From positions 1-64,000 of the forward strand of contig JBFWLW010000011.1 in NCBI GenBank assembly GCA_050251945.1: 64,000 nucleotides of DNA, in the 5' to 3' direction. The DNA is from Deferribacterales bacterium (GTDB lineage: Bacteria; Chrysiogenota; Deferribacteres; Deferribacterales; Geovibrionaceae). The translations under genes and the position numbers were made by a program. Below are positions 1 through 8,519 of the stretch, in pieces. Positions within the stretch are counted from its first letter, which is position 1. Every line of letters begins with the position of its first letter. Under the pieces are notes generated by a model that did not search any database, was not told the origin of the DNA, and saw only the letters and a list, made by a program, of their open reading frames with translations.

Positions 1-124
1 AGCAAGAACTAAAGACGAACTATGCAATGCCATCGGAAAAGCTCTCGAAAAAGTGACTTACTCTGATTTATATGGATGGTTTAAGCATGCCGGATATACG
101 ACATAAATTTCGTGAAACGCTCTA
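1..124 (+). mobile_element. Right end of an IS630-family insertion sequence (transposase C-terminus 2..106 plus terminal IR ending in TA)
   Basis: Frame 2 reads ARTKDELCNAIGKALEKVTYSDLYGWFKHAGYTT*, typical of IS630 transposase C-termini. It is followed by ...GAAACGCTCTAG, matching IS630-type ends and the CTAG/TA target. Confidence 0.8.
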
Positions 125-180
125 GTGCTCCTCGCGAAGACAAAAAAAGTCTCTGCGAGGGTTTTAACCCGAAGCAGTCT
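125..180. repeat. REP/MITE-like palindromic repeat, copy 1 (5' part interrupted by the IS)
   Basis: CTCCTCGCGAAGAC...GTCTCTGCGAG...CGAAGCAGTCT aligns with the copies at 8378, 28894 and 60632. Confidence 0.75.
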
Positions 181-218
181 AATTTGAGTCTGTGTAAATT
201 TAGTTTGTTAACAAAAAT

Positions 219-244
219 AAAAGGGAGCCGAAGCTCCCTTTTTT
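219..244. terminator. Bidirectional intrinsic terminator downstream of actP
   Basis: AAAAGGGAGC-CGAA-GCTCCCTTTT hairpin with A/T tracts on both sides. Confidence 0.8.
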
Positions 245-267
245 ATGATTGCAGTGAAATTATTGTC

Positions 268-1809
268 TTATTCTGCGCCGATTCCAAGATATGTTCTGAT
301 CTTGTCATCTTCAAATTTTTCCTGAGCTTCAGGCTCGGGAGTGAGAAGTGAAACCACGATTGCCACAATGAATGCCGCTGTCATAGAGAATACTGCGGGG
401 TTCTTCATTGGGAAGATGGCGGCTTCGTTATGGAGAACTTTAACCCATACCGTGGGGCTGAGGATAATAAGCGTTGTCGCTGTTATACCACCCACAAGAA
501 TCGACCATACTGCGCCCTGTGTTGACATCTTTTTCCAGAGTATGGAAAGAAACAGCGCGGGGAAGTTTGCACTTGCTGCGATGGCGAATGCAAGACCCAC
601 AAGGAACGCAACGTTCTGGTCTTTGAAAAGTATACCCAGACCGACAGCCAAGAGACCGAAGATAACAACGGATATTCTCGCAACCTTAACCTGCTCCTCT
701 TCTGTTGCCTGTCCTTTCTTGAACACACTGACATATATGTCGTGGCTCATTGCCGAAGATGCCGCCAGTGTCAGACCGGCAACAACCGCCAGAATGGTAG
801 CGAATGCAACCGCCGCGATGAAACCGAGAAAGGGCGTTCCGCCGAGCAGTTCAGCCAGAGCGGGGGCAGCCATGTTACCGCCTGCGTCAATGCCTTTTAT
901 CGCATCTTTTCCGATGAGAACAGCGGCAGAGAATCCGACGATCGGGATAACCAGATAGAAATAGCCTATGAAAGTTGTTGCGTAGGCAACGGATTTTCTT
1001 GCTTCTTTAGCATCCGGCACTGTGAAGAATCTCATAAGGATGTGCGGCAGACCGAGCAGACCGAACATCAGCGCGAGACCCAGTGAGAGAGCGTCCAGAG
1101 GACTTGTGACAAGTCCGCCGGGGTTAAGCATGTTGTCCGCGGGATACATTGTGACAACTTCTGTATAAAGGTTGCTGAGGCTGAAATCAAACTTAGCCAG
1201 AGCAAGCACTGTAAGGACGGTTACACCGAAAACAAGAAGTACGGCTTTGATGATCTGTACCCATGTTGTCGCAAGCATACCGCCGAAAAGAACATAAAGA
1301 AGCATAACCACGCCCACGATGATCTCTGCCATTTCATAAGGCATGCCGAACATGAGCTGGATAAGTTTGCCTGAACCGACCATCTGCGCGATGGTGTAGC
1401 AAAGGACAACGAGCAGACCGCCGATAGCAGAAGCTATACGGATGGGACCTGACTTAAGTCTGGATGCCACAACGTCTGCAAAGGTGAATTTTCCGAGGTT
1501 ACGCAGGGGTTCTGCGATGAGGAACATAAGCGCGGGCCATCCGACAAGCCAGCCCACTGCGTATATAGCGCCATCATAACCGCTGAGAGCGACCATGCCG
1601 GAGATACCGAGGAAAGACGCCGCAGACATATAATCGCCCGCGAGAGCCAGACCGTTCTGGAAACCTGTTACGCTGCGTCCGGCAGCATAAAACTCACTGG
1701 TAGTTTTTGTCTTCTTTGCCGCGAAATAGGTTATGATCAGAGTGAAGATAACCACCAGAACAAAGAAGAGAATGGCGGTGCCGTTAGGTTGACCGAGTGT
1801 TGATTGCAT
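268..1809 (-). CDS. actP: Cation/acetate symporter (SSS family)
   Basis: Motifs QNGLALAGDYMSAASFLG, GGMLATTWVQIIKA and GLPHILMRFFTV; preceded by a DUF485 gene as in yjcH-actP. Confidence 0.9.
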   Translation of the reverse strand: MQSTLGQPNGTAILFFVLVVIFTLIITYFAAKKTKTTSEFYAAGRSVTGFQNGLALAGDYMSAASFLGISGMVALSGYDGAIYAVGWLVGWPALMFLIAEPLRNLGKFTFADVVASRLKSGPIRIASAIGGLLVVLCYTIAQMVGSGKLIQLMFGMPYEMAEIIVGVVMLLYVLFGGMLATTWVQIIKAVLLVFGVTVLTVLALAKFDFSLSNLYTEVVTMYPADNMLNPGGLVTSPLDALSLGLALMFGLLGLPHILMRFFTVPDAKEARKSVAYATTFIGYFYLVIPIVGFSAAVLIGKDAIKGIDAGGNMAAPALAELLGGTPFLGFIAAVAFATILAVVAGLTLAASSAMSHDIYVSVFKKGQATEEEQVKVARISVVIFGLLAVGLGILFKDQNVAFLVGLAFAIAASANFPALFLSILWKKMSTQGAVWSILVGGITATTLIILSPTVWVKVLHNEAAIFPMKNPAVFSMTAAFIVAIVVSLLTPEPEAQEKFEDDKIRTYLGIGAE

Positions 1810-1827
1810 AGTGTTCTCCTTGTTCTG

Positions 1828-2121
1828 TTACTGCAGGTCTTGTTTCAAAGACTCAACTTTTTTGTCATACACTTTGTTCGCCCACGCAACATATATAAGC
1901 GTAAGCAGCCACGAACCGATGATAACGGCTGTACAGAGAACGAGACCTACAGTGATGTTTTTGCCGACCATAACGGCAAGAAAATCACGGTGCAATGCTA
2001 CAAGGAAAATGTAGCCGTAGTAGATCACGAACAGGATCGCCAGCATTATAAAGCTGAATGTCCAGCGTGTTCTGACTAAGTCTTTGAACTTTTCAGAGTT
2101 CGTAAAGTCTCTAGCAGTCAT
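1828..2121 (-). CDS. DUF485 (YjcH-like) membrane protein
   Basis: Two TM helices, IYVAWANKVYD motif, located immediately upstream of actP. Confidence 0.85.
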   Translation of the reverse strand: MTARDFTNSEKFKDLVRTRWTFSFIMLAILFVIYYGYIFLVALHRDFLAVMVGKNITVGLVLCTAVIIGSWLLTLIYVAWANKVYDKKVESLKQDLQ

Positions 2122-2640
2122 TTTTGCTCCTCCTGATAAAAATCTGCAAAAGTGTTAAGCAATAGAAAACATGGTTAACTTGTTTTTTACCTTGTTAACC
2201 ATGGCACGAATATAAAACACTTTTTAATTATAATCAACAATAAAAATGAAGCGAAATTAAAATAATTTTTTAAATGGTTTTGTGGTGATAAATTTCAGAG
2301 ATGAAGCTATTTTGTAATTTGGGCTACAAATAATTGATAAATATCTATAAAACCTGTGTTTGCGGATAATTATCTGTGTTATATTTAGAGACAGTGCGTC
2401 AAGGCCTGAAAAAAGCCATAATCAGCCCCTGTGGATTGTATACAGTATTCATTAGCAGGAAAAATCCTTGTATTTCAGCAACAGGTTAATCATAGCTTAT
2501 AAATATCAATAAATGCCAAACTAAAGTAGTACGTTGTTTGATAATAGTGAAACAATATTTATTTTACTTCCTGTTGAAATGATGTATAATCAGCTCATGC
2601 GGATATTCATATGTTTAACATGGGTCTCTGTGGGGGAAAC

Positions 2641-4530
2641 ATGCAATATTCAGAAATTTCATCAATTCAGGAAATAGTTGATACAGCGGCAAAATTGCCG
2701 TTTTTTTCTTCTGTTCCGAAAGAAAGACTAAAAAACGCGATAATGAAATGTGAGTCTGTTACGGCTGATGCTTCGGAAGCCCTGTTTAAAAAAGGTGAAT
2801 CTTATCATAAAGGACTTTATATCCTTTTAAGCGGAAGAGTACGCATGACAGACGGCGGCAGCCGCGAAGTGATAATAGACAGCGGAGGGGTTATCGGTGT
2901 ATCCACTTTCGTGGGGAAATCAACATACAGGGTGACTGCGTATGCCGATACTGCCTGTCTCATGCTTTTTATGCCGGAGCTTTATGTATATAAGCTGATG
3001 GAGGATATCCCTGAGTTTCGCAGTTCATTCCACAGTCTGGTTTCCGAGCGCAATGCAGAACTTGAGGGCAGGGCGAGCTGGTCTGTTGCATCCACAACCT
3101 ATAAACCGCTTGGAAGCTATATGTCCTCGCCGGTGCTTGCGGTTAACGCTTCCGCGTCCGTACTTGAAGCGTCAAAACTTATGGCGGATGCAAACGTCGG
3201 TGCGATAGTCGTTGTGGATGACGAAAATATTCTTAGAGGACTTCTGACCTCAAAACATATAGTACAGAGATTCATTCCTGATATGCAGAACAAGCCTGCG
3301 GACATTTCCGCCGGAAAATATATGGAGCGCAACCCTGTTGCACTTCCCGCCGAATATCCGCTGGTTGAAGCGCTCGCGCAGATGCAGCACACCCGGGCGG
3401 ATTACGTTGTCGTTATCAGCGGTAGCGAACCCGTGGGGATACTTTCCAATAATGACATTTCTAAGATGCTCTTTCATAATATAAATGTGTTCGTTACATA
3501 TGTGGATAAGCTGGACACTCTTGACGAGCTTAAAAAAGCCTATTCGGATATGTATTCCGTTGCCGCGTCCCTTATGGAAAATTCTCGCGTAAGCTACGAT
3601 ATACTGCCTGTTCTCTCTTCCGTACACCTTAATATCCAGCGCAAGATATACAGGCTTTGCGGTGCGGAGTATTATAAAGAGACCGGATTTGACCTGATGA
3701 AAGTGCGCCACACGCTCATGATAATGGGTTCGGGCGGGCGAAGAGAGATGACGCTCGATCCGGATCAGGACAACGGGTTTATATTTGACGACTCAGTGAC
3801 CGATGAAGAGATAGCTATGTTTATCAGGTTCGGTGAGAAATATTCAGATGCGCTGGAGTATGTCGGCTATGAAAAGTGCCGCGGGAAAGTTATGGTGACC
3901 AATCCGGAAATGTCGCTGCGCATCTCCGACTGGAAACTGAAGATATCCCGATGGGTATCGAACCCCGGTTCTATGGGAATAATGTGGTCGTCGATTATTT
4001 TTGACTTCGACGGATTCGCCGGAGACGAGAAACTTGTCTGGGAACTTCGCAATCATATTAACCAGAATATCAGCAACAGCCCTGTGTTTCTTATACAGAT
4101 GCTTGAGCGTGACAGCGGTCTCAGGATACCGCTTTCCATGTTTGGAAAGTTTATAGGTGAAAAAGACGGAAAACACAAGGGAGAAATAAACTTGAAATCC
4201 TCCGCGTCTGCGTTTATAGTTGATGTGATTAGAGCTTTCACGCTCAAGCACGGATTGAACGATCTGAACACCGTGGAAAGGATGAAGACCCTGCGCCGTA
4301 TGAATGTCATCAGCGAGGAGCTTTATCTGCATACGCTGGAAGCGTATGAAACGGTTGTTGACATCATTCTGAAGAGTCAGGTGGAGAAAGCCGCAACGGG
4401 CGTTCATGTAAATAAGTATATAAATCCCGATGAGCTTTCCCTTTATAACAGGGAAAGACTGAAGAAGGCGCTGGGGCATATCCAGAAGCTTTTGAACATC
4501 GGGCTTCGTTATTTTAAGGGGCATCCGTGA
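2641..4530 (+). CDS. cNMP-binding/CBS-pair/DUF294 putative nucleotidyltransferase signalling protein
   Basis: N-terminal cNMP-like domain, a CBS pair, and the GSGGRREM...DQDNG NTase motif with GYEKCRGKVMVTNP. Start placed at ATG 2641, after a G-rich RBS. Confidence 0.85.
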   Translation: MQYSEISSIQEIVDTAAKLPFFSSVPKERLKNAIMKCESVTADASEALFKKGESYHKGLYILLSGRVRMTDGGSREVIIDSGGVIGVSTFVGKSTYRVTAYADTACLMLFMPELYVYKLMEDIPEFRSSFHSLVSERNAELEGRASWSVASTTYKPLGSYMSSPVLAVNASASVLEASKLMADANVGAIVVVDDENILRGLLTSKHIVQRFIPDMQNKPADISAGKYMERNPVALPAEYPLVEALAQMQHTRADYVVVISGSEPVGILSNNDISKMLFHNINVFVTYVDKLDTLDELKKAYSDMYSVAASLMENSRVSYDILPVLSSVHLNIQRKIYRLCGAEYYKETGFDLMKVRHTLMIMGSGGRREMTLDPDQDNGFIFDDSVTDEEIAMFIRFGEKYSDALEYVGYEKCRGKVMVTNPEMSLRISDWKLKISRWVSNPGSMGIMWSSIIFDFDGFAGDEKLVWELRNHINQNISNSPVFLIQMLERDSGLRIPLSMFGKFIGEKDGKHKGEINLKSSASAFIVDVIRAFTLKHGLNDLNTVERMKTLRRMNVISEELYLHTLEAYETVVDIILKSQVEKAATGVHVNKYINPDELSLYNRERLKKALGHIQKLLNIGLRYFKGHP

Positions 4531-4597
4531 TGCACACGAATAGTGGATATATTAACACGGGTTTCGGGGGTAAAGTCTCCCGAAATTAGAGGAGACA

Positions 4598-4990
4598 GTG
4601 ATGAAGAAGCTTGCCGTAGTTATGTCTGTGCCGTCAACAGCAGCAGCACTTAAGGCGATGGCGCAGATAAAGAACAAACTGGGGCAAACCAAGAGAACCA
4701 GAGTGATGTTCACCGAAGACGGGAAACTCACTTTTGTATCGGGGATATTGCAGAAATCCTTAAAAGATGTTGCTCAGCTTGATAAATACAGCAAAAGCGA
4801 CGTTCTTATCGTTCCTTCGTACGGTGACGAATCCGGAGCCTTGCCCGGGCTTTCTGATATAAAAATGTATCTTAACAACAATCTGGGGTTCAGCATTTTT
4901 GTATGTGCCGTTCCGGAGGATGATGAAGCAGAGCTTGCATCCGTTACAGATAACATCGTGGACATAGTGAAATCCAACATGGGGATCTGA
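4598..4990 (+). CDS. Hypothetical protein
   Basis: 130-aa ORF with a GAGGAG RBS; no recognised motif. Confidence 0.7.
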   Translation: MMKKLAVVMSVPSTAAALKAMAQIKNKLGQTKRTRVMFTEDGKLTFVSGILQKSLKDVAQLDKYSKSDVLIVPSYGDESGALPGLSDIKMYLNNNLGFSIFVCAVPEDDEAELASVTDNIVDIVKSNMGI

Positions 4991-5016
4991 TAGCTTCTCT
5001 CATTTACTCAAAATGT

Positions 5017-6375
5017 TTGATGGCTTCTTTCCGTGTCGCTTTTACGGGCAGCCACTCCCGTTCCGCTACCTTTGCGCATATTGCCAAAAACCTTGCGGAA
5101 CAGGGCGCTGACGTTTACTTTATTATGCCGGGCGCGAAATACCGCATAAAATATCTTACGGATATGGGGTTTGACCGAAGCAGGATCCTTGATCTTGCAG
5201 AGGCGGACAAGTCATATGACGCCGATGCGCTCTCTATTATGGAGAGCTGCAGCCGGGTGACTGCTGCCCATATGATAATGAATGACAGGCTGCTTTGCAA
5301 AAAGCAGGGAAAAGAGGCATACGGCTACCTTGGCGGGGTTTTCAAAAGCGTTTCAAAGTTTATAACCGACAACAGGATAGATATCGTTTTTTCCGAAGCG
5401 ACATGGGCGTATGAGCTTGCGGTCTGCTCCGCGTGTGAACATACAGGGGCGAAGTTTATCGTACCTCACGGCGTTCGGATACCGAACGGCAGGTTCGGAT
5501 TTTTCAGCGGCATCTTTCAGGATAATCTGGTCAGGCTGAACAATGCGGAAAAAACTTTGCCGAAAACTTCAGAACTCTTTGTCTTGCAGGCTCCGGTTCA
5601 GTGCAGGTTATTTTCAAATCGCAATTTTATCGGTTTTATCAAGCATATGGGCAGGTTCCTGCGCAGAACCGCAGAGGACGAGACCGAGCAGAGCGTTTTC
5701 GATCTGACGGCGGAGCGTGTTAAAAGAGCCGTGAACATGAAAATGTCCGGGTTTTACGCTATGCAAACCGTTCCAGAATCGGATTATGTGTATATGCCTC
5801 TGCATATTTCTCCCGAAGCGTCTCTGGATGTCTTGGGGGGATTATGGCAGAACCAGCTTGAGCTGGTGCGGAATGTCGCGCGTTCACTGCCCCACGGTAT
5901 GGTCGTTGCGGTTCGCGAACATCCGGCAGGTGTGGGGCGGCGGCATTACAGCTTCTTTCGCGAGACCCGAAAACTACCGAACGTCGTAAATATTTCTCCG
6001 TTTGCAGACGGTATGGAACTTATAATGAATGCGAAAGCTGTTGTTTCGGTGTCCGGTTCGGCTTGTTATGAAGCGGCTTTTGCAGGCGTAGGTTCAGTTG
6101 TATTTTCTGATGTTTTTTTCAGTGAACTGCCAACCGTTTTCAGATGCAGAAGCACGGAAGAGCTGAAATACATTCTTGCTGAGGCAATATCTGTAAGGCA
6201 TGACGAACAGGCTCTGGCGGAGTTTCTGGCGGATATTACGGCGAATTCATACGAAGGTTGCGTGGATTCTGCGGATATGAACCCGCTTGCGACAGAAAAA
6301 GAGAACGCCCGCATTGTTTCGCAGGCGTTTATGAAGATCATAAAGTATTATTCTTCGTCGGAGAAATCTTTATAG
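5017..6375 (+). CDS. Capsule polysaccharide biosynthesis/modification protein (KpsS-like)
   Basis: YVYMPLHISPEASLD, VAVREHP and VVSVSGSACYEA motifs of the Capsule_synth family. Start uncertain. Confidence 0.65.
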   Translation: MMASFRVAFTGSHSRSATFAHIAKNLAEQGADVYFIMPGAKYRIKYLTDMGFDRSRILDLAEADKSYDADALSIMESCSRVTAAHMIMNDRLLCKKQGKEAYGYLGGVFKSVSKFITDNRIDIVFSEATWAYELAVCSACEHTGAKFIVPHGVRIPNGRFGFFSGIFQDNLVRLNNAEKTLPKTSELFVLQAPVQCRLFSNRNFIGFIKHMGRFLRRTAEDETEQSVFDLTAERVKRAVNMKMSGFYAMQTVPESDYVYMPLHISPEASLDVLGGLWQNQLELVRNVARSLPHGMVVAVREHPAGVGRRHYSFFRETRKLPNVVNISPFADGMELIMNAKAVVSVSGSACYEAAFAGVGSVVFSDVFFSELPTVFRCRSTEELKYILAEAISVRHDEQALAEFLADITANSYEGCVDSADMNPLATEKENARIVSQAFMKIIKYYSSSEKSL

Positions 6376-7238
6376 GCGGCGTCGATGTCGTCCAGATGAA
6401 GCTGGTACGCTTCGTAAAGAGTTGCTCTGGCTTCGTCAGGTGCAATATGCGTCCCAGCTATGACAATCTCCGTTTTATGCTTTAACCGCGCATTGTAGAG
6501 GTCGAGTTCGGCGGTCTGCTGTTCCTCGAAACTTTTTCCCATTATTTTGAGCTTGCCTGCATAATTTTCTTCCATGACGGAGCGGATAAAGTTCTTTACA
6601 GCATCTTTGTGCAGACTGCCCTTACCGTGTCCCATGGATACGGAGATATCTATTTTTAGCCCTGAAAGCGTTTCGAGCATTTTGAAATTTTCGCCTATTT
6701 CACTGTCGAGCACGTTGCCGACGAAATCCGATGCGGGTGCCTCTATGGAGAGGTTCAGCTTGCGGAATATTTCCCAGTTCGTCACCTGATCGTAAGCGCT
6801 GTTGATAAAGATGGGGCTTGCGCCTGCGGCGCTGTCGCCTGTGAGCCAGCGGGCAAAGTCGGAGAAAGCTGATGCGGAAGGACCGAAACCGCCGGAAAGC
6901 GTCAGAAGTGCCTGTTTTTCAGGGTCAACCAGTGCATAACTGACGTCTCCGAGACTGCCGCCCTCTGTGGGTGCTTCCTGAATTATACCTTCGCGGTTGA
7001 ACCACACTGGGAGAAATATCTTTTCCTTTATGAGACTTACTATATAAAGCTTGCGGTCGGACAGGGCTATCGGTTCAAATATCTTGAACATCAATTCACA
7101 GCTTTTTCCGTCGAAAAAGCCGAAGTCCATACCGCCTGCGGACAGAGCTTCCAGCTTGAAATCCATATCCTGATAAAAGGTGTCCACTGCGGATTCCAGC
7201 CTGTAAAAATTCACCGTTACGTTTTTTCTTTCAGCCAT
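6348..7238 (-). CDS. Hypothetical protein (possibly DUF6731/DUF4747-like)
   Basis: Long acidic ORF. Start at MAERKN after AAGGA. Family resemblance is judged by eye only. Confidence 0.6.
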   Translation of the reverse strand: MAERKNVTVNFYRLESAVDTFYQDMDFKLEALSAGGMDFGFFDGKSCELMFKIFEPIALSDRKLYIVSLIKEKIFLPVWFNREGIIQEAPTEGGSLGDVSYALVDPEKQALLTLSGGFGPSASAFSDFARWLTGDSAAGASPIFINSAYDQVTNWEIFRKLNLSIEAPASDFVGNVLDSEIGENFKMLETLSGLKIDISVSMGHGKGSLHKDAVKNFIRSVMEENYAGKLKIMGKSFEEQQTAELDLYNARLKHKTEIVIAGTHIAPDEARATLYEAYQLHLDDIDAAYKDFSDEE

Positions 7239-7308
7239 TGCAATTTCCTTGAGTTTAAGTATTGCCATCTTATACTAAGTTACAGAACAGTCAATAAGGA
7301 GAGAGACG

Positions 7309-7605
7309 ATGAGTGCTATGGCGTTCGTTTCAATCACCCCGCTGGGCGAGGGCGAGAGTGTTTCTGAATTTGTCGCAAAGTCTGTGCAGGTTATCAAAGA
7401 CAGCGGGCTTAGCTGGCAGCTGACCCCTATGGGAACAATTATTGAAGGCGAAAAACTTGACGAGGTGCTTGCCGTTATAAACAGGGCGGTTGAGGCTCAG
7501 AAAGATTGCGAGAGAATATCAATTTCCGTGAAGATAGATTACAGAAAAAATAAGTCTTTGGGGCTTAACACAAAAGTTGATTCCGTGATGAAGAAGCTTA
7601 AGTAA
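7309..7605 (+). CDS. MTH1187/YkoF-family thiamine-binding protein (DUF77)
   Basis: SITPLG..SVSEFV, SGLSWQLTPMGTIIEG and KIDYR motifs. Confidence 0.9.
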   Translation: MSAMAFVSITPLGEGESVSEFVAKSVQVIKDSGLSWQLTPMGTIIEGEKLDEVLAVINRAVEAQKDCERISISVKIDYRKNKSLGLNTKVDSVMKKLK

Positions 7606-7670
7606 AACGTTAAAGTAATGCCGTCTGCTTCCGAATTATACTCTATCAGCAAATATTCGGAGAGGATCAG

Positions 7671-7865
7671 ATGGCCGTGAAAGAAGGAACGGAAAACTTT
7701 ACTGACTTTCAGGATCGTATCAGAGAACTGCATCTTGTTATTAAAAGTTGTGAGCGCCACGGCGTTCAGGCGGATGAGCATGTGGGAAGGCTGAAAAAGG
7801 TCGTTAAAGGGATGGAAGAAATTATGAAAAAATCCCTTTCTTTCGGCGGCGGAGCAAAGATCTGA
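7671..7865 (+). CDS. Small hypothetical protein
   Basis: GGAGAGG RBS; its stop overlaps the next start (TGATG). Confidence 0.6.
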   Translation: MAVKEGTENFTDFQDRIRELHLVIKSCERHGVQADEHVGRLKKVVKGMEEIMKKSLSFGGGAKI

Positions 7866-8323
7866 TGCAGTTCAGTATGGTCTGTACATTGGCGGGGATA
7901 GGGGCGACACTTCTTCTTTTCGGGGTGTGGTTTGTTGTCGGTATATTGCTTGAGAACAGGCGTATCAAACAGAAATGCCTTCTGCTTGCCGACTCTATCT
8001 GTATTCTCAGAAACAGCAGTGAAGAACTGAACGAAACCCAGAAGGCCTGCTTCGAGCATCTTGCGGATGCTTTTGAAACTTATATTAAACCCAACGCAAA
8101 GTATAAGTCAGGTCTGGTACGCGCGCTGAACAGCATCTGCGGGTGCAGCCACAGTCAGCTTGATATGTTCGACTGTTTTGAACACCGCCATGTAAACAGC
8201 TTTTTCAGGGATATGGTGAACCGGAGCGGTTACCTGTTCATTAATATGATATATATGGCTCATCTGGAACAGAAAGGCTTTCACGTTGCCGATATGGGCG
8301 GCGGTATCTCTGACAGATTATAA
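7865..8323 (+). CDS. Hypothetical protein with an N-terminal TM helix
   Basis: Translationally coupled to the previous ORF and followed by a terminator hairpin. Confidence 0.65.
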   Translation: MQFSMVCTLAGIGATLLLFGVWFVVGILLENRRIKQKCLLLADSICILRNSSEELNETQKACFEHLADAFETYIKPNAKYKSGLVRALNSICGCSHSQLDMFDCFEHRHVNSFFRDMVNRSGYLFINMIYMAHLEQKGFHVADMGGGISDRL

Positions 8324-8326
8324 TAT

Positions 8327-8512
8327 AAAGCCGCCGTTGCCGGCGGCTTTATACTGATGACAAAGTCAGTAAAATGCGAGATCGCGTCGTCGCATGCGCT
8401 CCTCGCGAAGACAAAACCGTCTCTGCGAGAAGCATGGCGACGAAGCAGTCTCATTGGATTTCATCAAAATTGAGTTTGTCAACAAACTGAGGTCGCCGTT
8501 GCCGACGGCTTT
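8327..8512. mobile_element. Non-autonomous MITE-like element with a REP core (8378..8452), imperfect terminal IRs and a duplicated terminator as flanks
   Basis: IR cores TGATGACAAAGTC and GAGTTTGTCAACA. The flanking 24-mers 8327..8350 and 8489..8512 match at 20/24 positions. Confidence 0.65.
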
Positions 8513-8519
8513 TCTGATT

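Noticed and set aside
112..351. 79-aa ORF, and the similar 8394..8699 ORF (both start with RSS...)
   Set aside because: Both begin inside the REP-like repeat and run antisense into real genes; artefacts.
341..958. Long antisense ORFs here and at 3844..4524, 14606..15004, 33091..33879, 48038..48589, 58077..58658 and 61011..61619
   Set aside because: Shadow frames of well-supported genes, with no RBS or recognisable motifs.
2202..2217. TGGCAC as a sigma54 promoter
   Set aside because: No TTGC/TTGA at the -12 position, and it is far from the next plus-strand gene.
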